64,000 bases of DNA. Source: Octopus sinensis. Its lineage: Eukaryota. Shown here in pieces: positions 50,580-64,000 of this stretch (the first letter of the stretch is position 1; every line of letters begins with the position of its first letter). The position numbers were made by a program, and so were the translations under genes. Below the pieces are notes generated by a model. It saw nothing but the letters and a program-made list of their open reading frames with translations. It was not told where the DNA came from and did not search any database. The DNA lies in NCBI RefSeq assembly GCF_006345805.1, contig NC_042997.1, positions 153,016,001 through 153,080,000 on the forward strand, read 5' to 3'.

Positions 50580-50790
50580 TAAATGCAAAAAAGAGAACAC
50601 CTACGCTGAACTATTGAGAAACCTACAGTTACTCTACCCAGATTACAAGTTCAGATTTATACTTGTAATCATTGGATTCCTGGGATATGTAACACGCTGC
50701 CAAAGTACCAATGTTGAGAAATTAGTTTCCTCAAAATCAGAAAAGAGAGAGCTTATCCGAAGACTACAGATCCAAGCGATCACTGAAACT
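50580..50790 (+). mobile_element. RLE LINE C-terminal fragment after (TACA)n
   Basis: KENTYAELLRNLQLLYPDYKFRFILVIIGFLGYV..RRLQIQAITET. Confidence 0.7.
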
Positions 50791-51129
50791 GTATGCAAGT
50801 ATATGCACGCGTATACTTACATGAAACAACACATATAAATCTGTAAATATACATACATACAAAAGTACCTTCCTGATGTTGTTGATATTCAATGAAGGAG
50901 CTTTGGATCTATGTTAGATATCAGCTCTGTCTCTATTGGCAAGGAATCTTGAAATAAAACTGAATAATTACATACATGCAAACATACATACATGGAAATC
51001 TACGCTGAGTTACTGATATCGACAGGCTCTAATTTAAGAATAGTTGGAAGAGATAGAGGCTAGAAATCAGTTCAGACAACCTTTCAATATCGTACACTCG
51101 CTCTCAGAGACCCTGCTAAGCAACTACAG

Positions 51130-51480
51130 AAGAAAAAAAAATAAGTACATTAACTTAGTTCTGAAAAGTGAAGAGAACAATTGATCATGTGTCGGCAGCA
51201 AGCACCCCAGGAAGCACTCTTTTCCTGATGATATCCCATACAAACCCGAAGAAACTGGTCTGATATACCTCAAAGAAGACCTAGATGTGACACGCTCGGC
51301 ATGCCAAAAACAAAAGCTATGCATGGATAGGTTTTCCGAAGACTTAAAGAAAATAGTAATTTTGACATGAAGCGCAACCTCTTTTGGACTTGTGACTACT
51401 ACATCACATCACACTTTGAAGGTTGTGCATTTGCAATCAAAGAACAGGAGATTGCTAGGAAATGCCTAATAAACAAAAGT
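51130..51480 (+). mobile_element. decayed RLE LINE fragment (post-RT region)
   Basis: TSHFEGCAFAIKEQEIARKCLINK resembles the conserved xEGxxxAxQEQxI block preceding the Zn knuckle. Confidence 0.6.
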
Positions 51481-51902
51481 GACAATGAAGCCCTTGGATG
51501 AAACCTAAAATGTAGATTATGTCAGTATTCCTACTGATATATCACTTTGAAAATAAATGAGAAAAAGAATAACGATGGTGCTTCGAAGATTCCAAGTTCT
51601 ATCCTCAGAATATAAATTCACATTTATAGCATTAATAATTAGTGCACTTGTTTTTATGAGTAAATGCCAAAGTGATAATCTGAACAAGCTAGCGCTTTCA
51701 GAAAAATAAATCCACCAACTAACTTGCGCGTTATAAATACTAAGTATCAGTGAAACATTTAAAGTATGCAAGACTTTTCTCATGTTTAAGATACGACATT
51801 GTTTTTTTTTTGTTTTTTTTTATCTAAGATCGAGCGAGGAGAATTTCTATCTGTGATAAAATCCAACTCCTTCTTCAGAGGCAGAATTTAAATATATATT
51901 CT

Positions 51903-52175
51903 GGAGGCGCAATGGCCCAGTGGTTAGGGCAACGGACTCACGGTCGTAGGATCGCTGTTTCGATTCCCAGACCGGGCGTTGTGAGTGTTTATTGAGCGAA
52001 AACACCAAAAGCTCCACGAGGCTCCGGTAGGGGGTTGTGGCGATCCCTGCTGTACTCTTTCGCTACAATTTCTCACTCATTCTTCTGTTGGCCTACTCGC
52101 TTAGCCAGCGGATTGTGAACAGTGATGTGTAACAGCATCTGATAGTCTGGTCGGCCACGGTGATCACAGTGATAT
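51903..52175 (+). mobile_element. full-length SINE family C
   Basis: A box tggcccagtgg and B box gtttcgattccc; homologous to 36512 and 39727. Confidence 0.93.
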
Positions 52176-52183
52176 GTACATAT

Positions 52184-52268
<85 letters not shown>

Positions 52269-52428
52269 ATATATTTGTAAAAAATGAAGTTCGAAAATGC
52301 TGCTGTATTATACAATTTTTAATTTTTATATATACATTATAACATGTTTCAGTTCCTGAAATGAACCTTATCAAAAAAAGTTATATATAAAAAAAGACAG
52401 CTCATGCCGTCAAACACAAGAAATTCAT

Positions 52429-52529
<101 letters not shown>

Positions 52530-52887
52530 AAACACACACACTGATCTAACTGCTTCATAAGTGATTATATTTCCTTTTTATTGATTTATTTTAAAACTCA
52601 AAATAAAATATCTGAAACCTCATCTGAACAAAGCATTATTTCAATCTGAATCAGGGTTAATGAAAATAGTACATCACATATGAATAGCAACGTTGTAGAG
52701 CTTTAAACAATACATATAGCATCATTTTACTTGGACCTACTTTTGATATTGGCTATCAAAATCTTTCGGATCAAACAGTCTTTGATCCGCTTACTTTTTC
52801 AAAGAATTGGTAGAATTAATTATGTTATTCTAAATGAGGCAAACTTATGGTTTCTTTCACTGACTGTGAAACCATAAGCTTTACAGA

Positions 52888-52913
52888 TAATTATAACACC
52901 GATTACTATCAGG
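52888..52913 (+). CDS. candidate 26-nt micro-exon (xNYNTDYYQ)
   Basis: ctttacag|ATAATTATAACACCGATTACTATCAG|gtaagt; consensus donor. Confidence 0.25.
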
Positions 52914-53970
52914 TAAGTTTAAATTATTTCAGTTTAAAAGCTTCTTACTTTATGGGCTGCCGAAAATTAGAATCGCGCAAATCTCTTTCATATGTTACAA
53001 TATTCAAAATGAGTACACCTGACTGTGCTGAAATCCACAGAATAATTTTAGTTTTATGTTATTAGGTTTCTCTATCTTCATAGTATTATCCAAAGGTTAC
53101 TACACATTTGTTATTATATTAGTATACAGATCAGTAATATGTCGTACGTAGAAACATATCTCTTTATAACTGTTAAGATATCTAACAAAGTTATATCGAG
53201 ATACATGTTAAATAAAACGTGACAATATTCTCATTACAGTCATGTTCCTAGGATCAAAACTTGTATACTTCAACATAAGACATACCGAAGAGAATACCGA
53301 ATGGGGTTATTACGACATTATGTATTAATCATTTACATGACAGCGTTATTGATTTGAATCGATTGCTGTGGATTATCCAACGATTACAAGCTGTTTTTCT
53401 CTTCTGAAAACAAAACGATAGTCATCTTGAACATGTTTAATCAAGTATCTTAAGAACAATTGTAAAAGTACCTGTGTATCTAGATCAAATTTTCAGCATC
53501 ACAACTGATCCATTTAGCAATAAACAGTCACGATTTCGATTTTTAATATTTGACTTTACTTAAGCCTAAACAAACAGTTTATTGCACAGAAACACAGCTC
53601 TGAAAGCCATGTTAGACTTTTCATGATTATCTAAGTATAATTTCCCATATCTCAACAACAAATTTGTACAGTTTTAAGCGTTATTATTATAACTGCTGTG
53701 CAAACAATAACATTTTTATTTTCTCTGGACTTATCCTAAAGTAGCTTTCCACAATTCGATAATGTACAAAATCAATTTTAAATACAGATTATCAAATGGA
53801 TGCAGATATGACTGTATGGTTTGAAATTTGCTTTACAAGTACGTCTTGATACTGTATTCGATTCTACTGTTCGTCCTCTACTGTTGTATCCTCTCATACC
53901 TTCAGTTTGAGTAATACCTACTGAATAATATTATCTAGATGGGGACAGTGCGTAATCCCTCGAGTACTCA

Positions 53971-54042
<72 letters not shown>

Positions 54043-54076
54043 GTGTGTGTGTGTGTATGTATGTTTGTTTGTGTGT

Positions 54077-54113
<37 letters not shown>

Positions 54114-57100
54114 TGTGTCTGTGTATGTGTGACTTGATCAAGTGACTTGATCTTAGATCGTGTGCTGAAAGAAACACAATTGCAACGTGGAAGGTGTTAA
54201 TAAACCATTGAAAAACACATAAAAAAATCGTTAGACTCATTTCAACATTTAAATTTGAAACCGCGACTACTTCACTGAAAAAATTCCGTATTACAGTGAA
54301 GAGATCGCAGTTTCAAAGCGACGAACATATCTTGACAAATTGAATTTAAATGTTGAAGTGAAGATTGTAAGGTACCATGATTTGGTACTATGTACCATTT
54401 TTTTGTTAAGCATTTAAAGTATTTTTGTACTCGGAAGCAAACATAGACATGTCCTCGATCTCCAGCCTTTGGACTAGTGGAATAGCAAGACGTTTTGTCT
54501 GGTGGAGGGAGAGACAGTTGCACCAGCACTGAATTGGTACCTGCTTTCAACTGAGTAGACTGGAACAACACGAAGTGAAGTGCGTTGTGCAAAGATGCAA
54601 ATTGTCATTCGGCCTATAAATTGAACTACGGTCTCATAATCAGGAACCCTATACTTTAACCACTATACTACGTGCCTTAATATATAAATAAAAATCGAAG
54701 ATAAATATCTTGTGGTATCTATTCCCTTGAAGTCGCACTGTCACTCGCTTATTACTTTCACCGTCAGAAAATTCATTGAGTGATCATATGGGTTGTAGGA
54801 AACCAACAATCAGAAGCGTTATACGCAAAATCATCACCGTTGTCATCATCTTTACCATCATTATCATCAACAATATCAACAACATCATCATCATCACCAC
54901 CACCGCCACCATGTCGTTGTCGTCACCATCATCATCATCATATGATGCCGTCTGCTTTTTGCGCTAGCTATAGTATGAATCGCCATCTCAGTCCCGCATG
55001 TGCTGTCCTTAAGCGTTCACTATCTTAAACTGACCAATTCTTAATGTATTCCATTCATGAAACTCTTGATTTTCTTGTTTCTCTCTTCCATTTCAAATGT
55101 CTTTTTCAGTAAACAATTTTCCAAGCTAAGTGTCCAAAATAATGCATTGCACATATCCCTCCAAAACATATAGTTTTTTTTTTACTTTTTTGTTCTTAAT
55201 CAGTAACATGGATAGGCAACAATAATTTAATTAATCATCTGTTTAAAATACTAGATTACAACAGTATATTAGTTATCTCGCTATATTCTTAACTATTGTA
55301 CACACGCGACTAAACCATAAATTGTATTTGGAACACTACAAAGGTACGGGGTGGGGATAAAATCTGTAGATAATTTAATGAAGAATTAAATAAATGATTC
55401 TTTATTCTCCATGCACGAGCCAATAAATATAAGAGGAAATATAAGAAAATGAAGTGAACACAGTTATTCATAATACTGGTGTTGGTGTTGCGTATGGAAA
55501 TTTTACTCTTATATCTAAGAGGTCAAATCACAACGTCGAGACTCTCATTCAGTTCGAAATGCTGATGTTGTATTGCTTTATGTATCCCTCATCTAGAAGA
55601 CCCATAATAGAAGGCGTTCCAGATGTGACAATTACTGTATTATATTTGCGTATAAGGTAGTTAGGGCAACATTGTTCTGTTTTCTTCTTCTTTCGAGCAA
55701 AAGTATGTTTTGAAATAAATTTGGCTTTTGATCTAGAATGTTGAATTATCACATAGACACTGTCACAATAGCCCGCCCTAGAAAACGTTCTATGGATTGG
55801 CTAACTGATAAGGAAAATACCGTTTGTTGATAAAATCTATCAATTTCAAATTCTTTGCTTTATTCCGTAAGCCTTCAACTTTTCAAAGAGTCTTAAACCA
55901 CCGACGTGGGATGCGGCATGCTTTTTGTCCTTTTATATGAGCCCATCCCACTCCATGTATGACCACATGGGACTAGCGAGGGACTAAATGAATAGAAGAA
56001 TTTATCTTACAACTGGAGTGGTACCTCAAATGGAATGAAAGCAAAGTCGACATCAGCGGGGTTCGAGCTCAGAATGCAAAGAACCAGAGCAAATGGGGTT
56101 CTAACGAGTCCAGTGATTCGCCTTATCACTAAATGAGTGATATGATAGGCATCTTGCTGCGCTGAATAACGTATTTGCAATTCGTGATCAATAACTGACG
56201 TCGTACTCTGTCTATAACTAAGATATTGAAAACCCAAATATTTCATTTGCCTTGCCTATAATTTATTTTTCATAAGTTAGCGTGCTAGGAAGCAGTATAT
56301 TAGCAAATTCGTTTGAGTGTAGGTTAGAATACTTCGTAGTATTTATTCAGACTGGCATCGCTCCAAATTCAAATACTGCTGAGGTCAACATTGCCATATA
56401 TAGAATATAGCACAAAGTGGATTGGCTGAACTGTCAAAATATCGAGTGCGATGTTTTGAGCTATCTTTTGTAGCTCTTTGCTTCCTTACAGAAACGCATG
56501 CAACGACATTTGTGCGATGCTGTATTGATAATCATTTTCTCTTAGATAATGTGGAGGGGTGCGGAAACTGGCATGAATGGGCTACTGTCAGTCTTCATCA
56601 AAAGATCTTACCCGGTCTTGTGTTTATACGTACAGAGGCATGGTCAACCGCAATCGATGGCCGCTCTATATATTGTCACAAGAATTGGTGCACTCCTACT
56701 CTCTCAGACTGATGAGATTGCTGCTTGGTCAGGCAGAATATTTCTCAGGGAAAGATATAAATGATGGTGGTCTGAGAACTCATGTTGGTTGATGACCACA
56801 GTTAAAGCATTCAAAGACCATGAGTATACTGTTAAATCTAACAGCATCCCGAACAGAAGTCTTCTTACTGTAAGCTGCAGAAATGTTCAATAATGATTAA
56901 ATATTCAGTCGCATGATTTTCAAAGTTAAAGTTTAAATATTGATGTTGTAGCGATCAACCTTGACGTGGTATCCATATGACCCAATAGATTAAATGACTC
57001 ACACTTGAATAAACGGCTTTAGAATATTTCTTCCTAATAACGGGATAAATTAACACAACTAGCGTTTGTTGTTGTTATTCTTGTTGTTACTTTACAACAG

Positions 57101-57769
57101 GTTATCTCTAATGTAACGAAGAGCAAGCATTTGATCGGCTGAAGAACTGAGAGTGATATGCTTTAGCGAATTGTATGTGTGTATTGTCTCTGTACTGCGC
57201 AATATGTTTCTGTACGCCCGTAGCTTCTGGAATTGGCATCAGAAGATACGGGCTAGGTGACATCAGTCGGAGCGTAAAAGTCATTATTCTTCTCCACTTA
57301 TCACAAGGAAGTTTTTTTCTCAGATACACTGCGACTGCTTTTACCTGGCTGCTCAACCCACTAGAAGTATAAAATAATGGATAAATCCTACAAAATAGAA
57401 CATGATATGCTAAAAACAAGAATGTAACAGTTTAAATTTCCGTCAAATGATATAATTTCAAAACATAAAACAAGTGTTCCAATACTACATGCAGATGAAA
57501 TACGTAAGTAACGACTGTACACGGAAAGAGAGATTTGTTTCCTATTTCACAGTTTCTAGTAAGCATACTTGCGCATTTAACACATAATAGTAATATTTAA
57601 ATCAATTTTCTAAATAGCCTGGTCAAAGTAATCGAAGTAATGTGCAATTGAATTGTGGCAGCAAATTCAATTTACTAGATATTAAATCCATTCTGCATCA
57701 CATAATGATCATAAATGGAATCATAAAACGTCGCGTACACATAAATTGTCTCCTGTTAACAAAAGGTAT

Positions 57770-57808
<39 letters not shown>

Positions 57809-57861
57809 CACACACACAACACACACACACACACACGCACACACACACATATATATATATA

Positions 57862-57910
<49 letters not shown>

Positions 57911-58169
57911 GCATGCGTGTGCTTTGTAGGAGTGTGGCAGTTGAGGTATACATAAATATGTGTGTATGAATGTATATACGTAAGTACGTACATATATACA
58001 CAGATCATAGGTGAGAGCTACATATATTCAGTATAGAAGACACGCAGTAGTACTCAAGTGAATTTGAACATAAACTCGTCATCCAGGAAAAGGTCCAACG
58101 GCGTCAAGAGTGGCTTTAATAGAAATTCAAGGTAAGCCGGTATAGAGATAGTGAAATAATTGCACAAGA

Positions 58170-59383
58170 TGCGAGAGGTATTTGAGGACAGTTTTAGTAT
58201 ACAATAAAACAGCTATATTTCAGCATAAATAAATACGCATTTAAATATATATTTGTGCAATTAGTCTTGATAATGATTTTTTAAGCAACTTGTTCTAAGA
58301 AACCGCCTTCGGTTTCGATGACTGCTTCAATGTGGGACCGAAACCGCTGGAATGCTAACATTATATAGTCCTTATTCATTTCGGACATTGCCTGGACATT
58401 AGCGGCCTTCAGTGAAGCCATGGTATTATGAGAATGATGATTATTCTTTCTTTCAACAGTGCTCCAAACGTATTAGTCCATAGGATTCAAATCTGGCGAG
58501 TTTGGAGGCTACATATTGGGTGTTTCATAATTGTAAAGATTATCTGACAACCATTCTTGGGTGACTAGGGCCTTGTGAGAAGTTGCTGAGTCTTCTTGAA
58601 ACATGTATGGCCTTCCATTGGTAACAGTTTCCAGTACCTCAATGTATCCAGAGGCATTAATTCCAAGACCTTGTGTAAAAACGTGGGGGAGGGCATCACA
58701 TGACCTTCGCTACTTACAACTCGTAAAACCATCACAGTTGCTGGAAATTTGGTGTGCATTACTCTAGGATCTGCACATAACCACTTGTCATTTCTTCGGT
58801 TAGACCTTTGATCCTTGTCAAAGATTTTTCATCGGAGAAAATCCTAAACATGCCTTGTTCAAAAGTGTTTTCCACTTTGTTAAGCAGCCCCGTTTTGAAT
58901 GGATAAGACGGTTTTCCTGTGTCTTAATAGATATAAATTGGCCTCTCCACATTACATAGGACTTGTATCGAACGTCACAATGTGCCAAAGTACTGATAGT
59001 CCACTCCGACACTCGAAGGATTTTAGCAATGGACTTCATTGATCTTCTGGAGTTTTCATCGATAATGTTTTGAACATGTTGTATAAATTCCGGTGCTCTT
59101 TTAGTGTCTGAGCTTTGTGAATTTTTTTATTCTTTGATACAGATGAAACATTACCATCATATGCCTCCAATTCCAACCGAACTTTGTGCACAAATGATCT
59201 TTCAACATTTAGAAAGTTGCTAATTTCTGAACCACTGTGGTTTGCATATATAGCAACTATGACTGCATGTCTTTACATTACTTGAGTTAGCATATCATGA
59301 AAGGGTTATCTGAAAAAATGATGCGTTAAATAATTTGAAGGTGTAATGAACTAAGAACGAAATGTCCTCAAATACCCCTCGCA
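58170..59383 (-). mobile_element. full-length decayed maT (DD37D) Tc1/mariner transposon
   Basis: 21-bp TIRs tgcgagaggtatttgaggaca (58170-58190) / tgtcctcaaatacccctcgca (59363-59383), TA on the right flank. Transposase 59298-58281 with FSDEK, QEDSAT and PPNSPDLNPMD; 37 residues counted between the 2nd and 3rd Asp; several stops and frameshifts. Confidence 0.92.
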
Positions 59384-59416
59384 TACTGTGCACACACACA
59401 CACACACACAGTTATG

Positions 59417-59518
<102 letters not shown>

Positions 59519-59922
59519 CAAGGTGAAACGCAGTGGGACTGGATCCGAAACTCTATAGTTAGTAAGCAACCTCTTATCAGGCAACCACATATATTCATAT
59601 ACACATACACGCAGGTATATAAGAACATACAGCCAAGACATCTCGGGTAAAATATTATACGGCTGCCAAATGTTGCTAAATATGAAGAGCTTTATTGAAA
59701 CTGAAAAACGTCGAAAAATGGTACATAGAGTTTCAGATAGCCAATATTCAGACAGAAGTCTAATGCTACGGAATAAGTATTAAAACCGACAATGTTGAAA
59801 CCAAGTGAAATTACTAGAAATTATTTCTATAGAAAGACAGATACGAGTATTAACACATTCAGCCACGGGTTCATATATATACGCATACGTGAGTGCATCT
59901 GTGCCTCTATATATATCTACAG

Positions 59923-59967
<45 letters not shown>

Positions 59968-59979
59968 ATACATATATAC

Positions 59980-60024
<45 letters not shown>

Positions 60025-60059
60025 TGTGCACATGTATATATATATATACATGATTATCG

Positions 60060-60260
60060 TCATGATAGATCGTTAGCTACTACACACATTTTTTCTCTCT
60101 CCTCGTTTCTCTCCTTGTTTTTTCTGTGTCCCTTTCTGCAGAAAAGCGTAGGCTCGAAACGTAAAAGACTTTTTCTATTCCTGAGCGTTATACTAATACA
60201 TCTGTTTGTTTTGTACAGCACCTGTCTTTTTGTTTTTTTTCGTAAACTCTCCCTATATAC
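60060..60260 (+). mobile_element. solo PLE pseudo-LTR, same family as the 3' end of 37321-39727
   Basis: tcgttagctact..cacattttt, hammerhead region and ttcctgagcg..atactaataca align with the reverse complement of 37321-37530. Confidence 0.8.
60128..60169 (+). ncRNA. degenerate hammerhead motif (core CUGCAGA)
   Basis: CUUU-CUGCAGA-A-AAGC(GUAG)GCUC-GAAAC-GUA-AAAG; A6 and one stem II pair mutated. Confidence 0.6.
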
Positions 60261-60264
60261 ATAT

Positions 60265-60323
<59 letters not shown>

Positions 60324-60331
60324 CATGTATG

Positions 60332-60364
<33 letters not shown>

Positions 60365-61171
60365 ATATAGATGTATTTGTGTATGGACAGATGTATGTAT
60401 GTATTAATGCTGCTTCTTTTCTGAACGTATAAAGTGCGAAAATTTTTCGTATGGTAATATCAATGTCATATCGCCAAAGTTATAATCTTATATGGATGAA
60501 GTATTCCTTACACTGTAAAGAGATGCTCGAATGCTTAGAACATCATTTTCGATCTTAATACAAATTATGTGACCAGCCTGACAGAAATTGACACTTTAAA
60601 GCCAGGTGAGACTTGATAGTTTGCATACAAGAAACTTTTTGTGCTTGGTTCTTTGCTATTTCTCATTAAATATTGGAATATATTCAGCTTCCAGATGGTA
60701 TATTTTGTAACTTAGATCCACGTCTCACTGATACACAAAATAATGGACAAGACATAGACATAACTTCAATTATTATCCAGTACTATTAACGTTTCTATAG
60801 TTTTCTCTTTCCCCACAAGAAAAATGTTGAAATATATTAATATTTAAAATAGGACATTAAAAGAGGAATACATTATAACGAAGACCTGAATTCCACACAA
60901 GTGTACTAAGAAAACAACATGAGCAAATTGATGGAGATTGAGTCATTTAAGACATAAATACTATAGTAGAACCATTGCAGCTGAGAATATTTCCTACAGG
61001 TATAACATAAATATCAGAATAATTTCCTTGTAACGAACGTGTTGTCTTTTATGATGGAAATTTTTATGTAAACGCAGAAATTATAGTAGAAATATGTCGA
61101 ATACGATATATTTCAAGCCCATTCACAATACATACGATTGAAGCACTAACATACATACATACATATATATA

Positions 61172-61229
<58 letters not shown>

Positions 61230-61230
61230 A

Positions 61231-61287
<57 letters not shown>

Positions 61288-61411
61288 CATAAATATATAT
61301 ATATATATATACACATATACATACATACATGCACGCTGCATGCATTCATGTGCATACGGACATAGATGAATACACAAGCATATATATATGCATACACACA
61401 TATATGTATAT

Positions 61412-61512
<101 letters not shown>

Positions 61513-61639
61513 CATATATTGATATATAGCAATTAAGGACAACTACTTAATAAGGAAAACTTAACAAGAAATTGTCAGGTAGATAGCGTGAAAACCTCAT
61601 AAGAGAATAAATTTCGAAAATAATTATTTCTTATTGAAC

Positions 61640-62045
61640 ATATTAATTTATATATAGAGGGCATTATACATACATGCCAGAGAGCATTATACATACATGC
61701 CACACGCTAAGAGGGACAATTAGTCATTTCTACCAAAAAATATTACTAATCCCACCGAATGCAATTTTTCAAAATAAGACATTTAAAAAATATAGACCTG
61801 TATCACAGTGATTTCATACTTACGTATTCATTATGATACATTCAGGCCTGCTGATGAATACGTAAGTATGAAATCACTGTGATACAGGTCTATATTTTTT
61901 AAATGTCTTATTTTGAAAAATTGCATTCGGTGGGATTAGTAATATTTTTTGGTAGAAATGACTAATTGTCCCTCTTAGCGTGTGGCATGTATGTATAATG
62001 CTCTCTGGCATGTATGTATAATGCCCTCTATATATAAATTAATAT
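61640..62045. repeat. perfect 192-bp inverted repeat with 22-nt spacer
   Basis: 61640-61831 is the exact reverse complement of 61854-62045, including an internal gcattatacatacatgcca x2 duplication. Confidence 0.97.
61844..61891 (+). ncRNA. type I hammerhead ribozyme, complete canonical core
   Basis: AGGCCUG-CUGAUGA-AUAC(GUAA)GUAU-GAAA-UCA(CUG)UGAU-A-CAGGUCU: 7-bp stem I (one G.U), 4-bp stem II with GNRA loop, 4-bp stem III; predicted cleavage after AUA at 61884. Confidence 0.85.
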
Positions 62046-62062
62046 ATTGATATATATATATA

Positions 62063-62233
62063 GGCGCAGGAGTGGCTGTGTGGTAAGTAACTTGCTAAAC
62101 AACCACATGGTTGCGGGTTCAGTCCCACTGCGTGGAATCTTGGGCAAGTGTCTTCTGCTATAGCCCCGGGCCAACCAATGCCTTGTGAGTGGATTTGGTA
62201 GACGGAAACTGAAAGAAGCCTGTCGTATATATG

Positions 62234-62266
<33 letters not shown>

Positions 62267-62484
62267 TTGTGTGTCTGTGTTTGTCCCCCTAGCATTGCTT
62301 GACAACCGATGCTGGTGTGTCTACGTCCCCGCCACTTAGCGGTTCGGCAAAAGAGACCTATAGAATAAGTACTGGGCTTACAAAGAATAAGTTCCGGGGT
62401 CGATTTGATCGACTAAAGGCGGTGCTCCAGCATGGCCGCAGTCAAATGACTGAAACAAGTGAAAGAGTAAAAGAGTAAAGAGTA
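62063..62484 (+). mobile_element. full-length SINE family B
   Basis: ggcgcaggagtggctgtgtggtaag (A box) ... gggttcagtccc (B box) ... ggcggtgctccagcatggccgcagtc ... (aaagagt)n. Confidence 0.93.
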
Positions 62485-64000
62485 TATATTGATATACATA
62501 TATTGATATATATATATATATAAAGAGAGAGTGGGGAGGGGGACACGAAGTAGAACTTTGAGAACATAGATTGTTAAATATTATTCGTACTTTTACTGCA
62601 GTGTATGCGAATACATTTACTACTAGTATTTGTTTATTAGCCAAACATTTTATTCAGAAAATATCGGCTTTAAACAAACAATATTTTAAGTATTCGATTT
62701 TATCTCAACATTCAGCTGTCATTAACCGACACAATCGTACGTTCTAGATTTTTTTTTAACACCACTGAAGACAGCATACAGCTACGAGGCATTGATAATA
62801 GTTAAAGAATTAATTCGTCGAAAAAATGTTTGATAGTTTTTTTTTCGCCTGTTTTTGTTTTGCTTTTTAGTATGAGATACGCGAATGAATTCGATCTACA
62901 ATGCTTTCCTCTAAGAGATGTATGCACATTGTTTATGAAAGCATAATTTAAAAGTTGCTCGAAGAAAAGTGCTTAAATATTCATTCTAATTAAAGTTGAA
63001 AGTCCAAACCAGAAATGAATGCACATACGTACATGTAAGCATAACGATAAGTGATCTGCATAAGCGTTAAAAATATATTGTAAAGACAAAGAACAAAATC
63101 AAGTGGGAAAGGGCAACAGAAGAGGGCTAAGTTTTAACTTACCTCTATTTCCTACTCCTTGATTTCTTTTGAATGATGTTATTTTGGTGAATGATTCGCA
63201 TCCAAAACGTTAACACTCTTACGTAACGATATACTGCATTCGTGGCGTAACGATTATAGTGGAATATATATTTGTTTATCTAATTTTATTTAAAGCCTAC
63301 TTTTTCGACTGACTTTGAATGTTTTTAAATTTACAATTGCAATTGATATAACTAACTGTAATTAAAACAGAACTTCGAAGAAATTACTGAAAAAATGTTA
63401 CAATAAGATTGCTTATTTCGGAGCTCCGCCTTTTGAGCATTTTGTTTCAGTTTCCATGGAAAATATATTGCATAAAATAAAGTCGGACGATATAACATAT
63501 CTTAAATACGAAATTTTATAAAATAGCAATTCACATATCTCACATCTCAATCTAACATGTAAAACAAATAGGGCGGGAACGCATTGTATGTAATGTAGTA
63601 ATAGTAACAGATGAATTTTTTTTTCTCAATAAAAGATGGTGGTGGTTATGATTATAATGCTTTTAATAATGCCTGTGCTCAATGGGGACGAACCTGAATT
63701 TTACTACAACGTCAATAACAATAACAAAACCAATACTTGAAATATGATTAGATCTGTTGACGGAACACATTACCATTCGAACTAAAATCTTCAATATACT
63801 TTATAACTACTACCCTCAAGTCAGGAACTTTGTAAATCTAAATTTATCTCCTTATATCATAGCAACTTAATCATAGTTATTGCTATATTTTATGTTGTCA
63901 AGTCCAATCTGTAATTTATCAATATAATACGTCCAACAATATTACACGTCCAACAAAGTAGATTTACATCTATTGCTTCCTGTTCCTCGCTATTTAACTC

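Overview
Eukaryotic, very AT-rich, microsatellite-saturated DNA. The tRNA-derived SINE families and repeat load point to a coleoid cephalopod, probably Octopus (inference; no search run). I find no prokaryotic features, CRISPR array, rRNA or intact tRNA, and no host protein I can name. Most ORFs in the supplied track are microsatellite artefacts. The recognisable content is mobile DNA: (1) a young, 5'-truncated Neptune-type Penelope-like element (RT + Zn linker + GIY-YIG, minus strand, 37321-39727) with a hammerhead motif in its 3' pseudo-LTR, plus two solo pseudo-LTR-like copies with related hammerheads; (2) a fourth hammerhead with a fully canonical core at the apex of a perfect 192-bp palindrome (61640-62045), the most unusual structure here; (3) several R4/Dong-type RLE LINE fragments lodged in (TAA)n tracts; (4) an L1/Tx1-like ORF1 interrupted by a foldback element whose arms carry TTAGGG repeats; (5) a full-length decayed DD37D (maT) transposon, a pogo remnant, MITEs and Helentron-like elements; (6) more than 25 SINE copies from at least four families, often in same-strand clusters or multimers. 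A few CpG-rich promoter-like patches and possible small exons suggest host genes, but these calls are low confidence.
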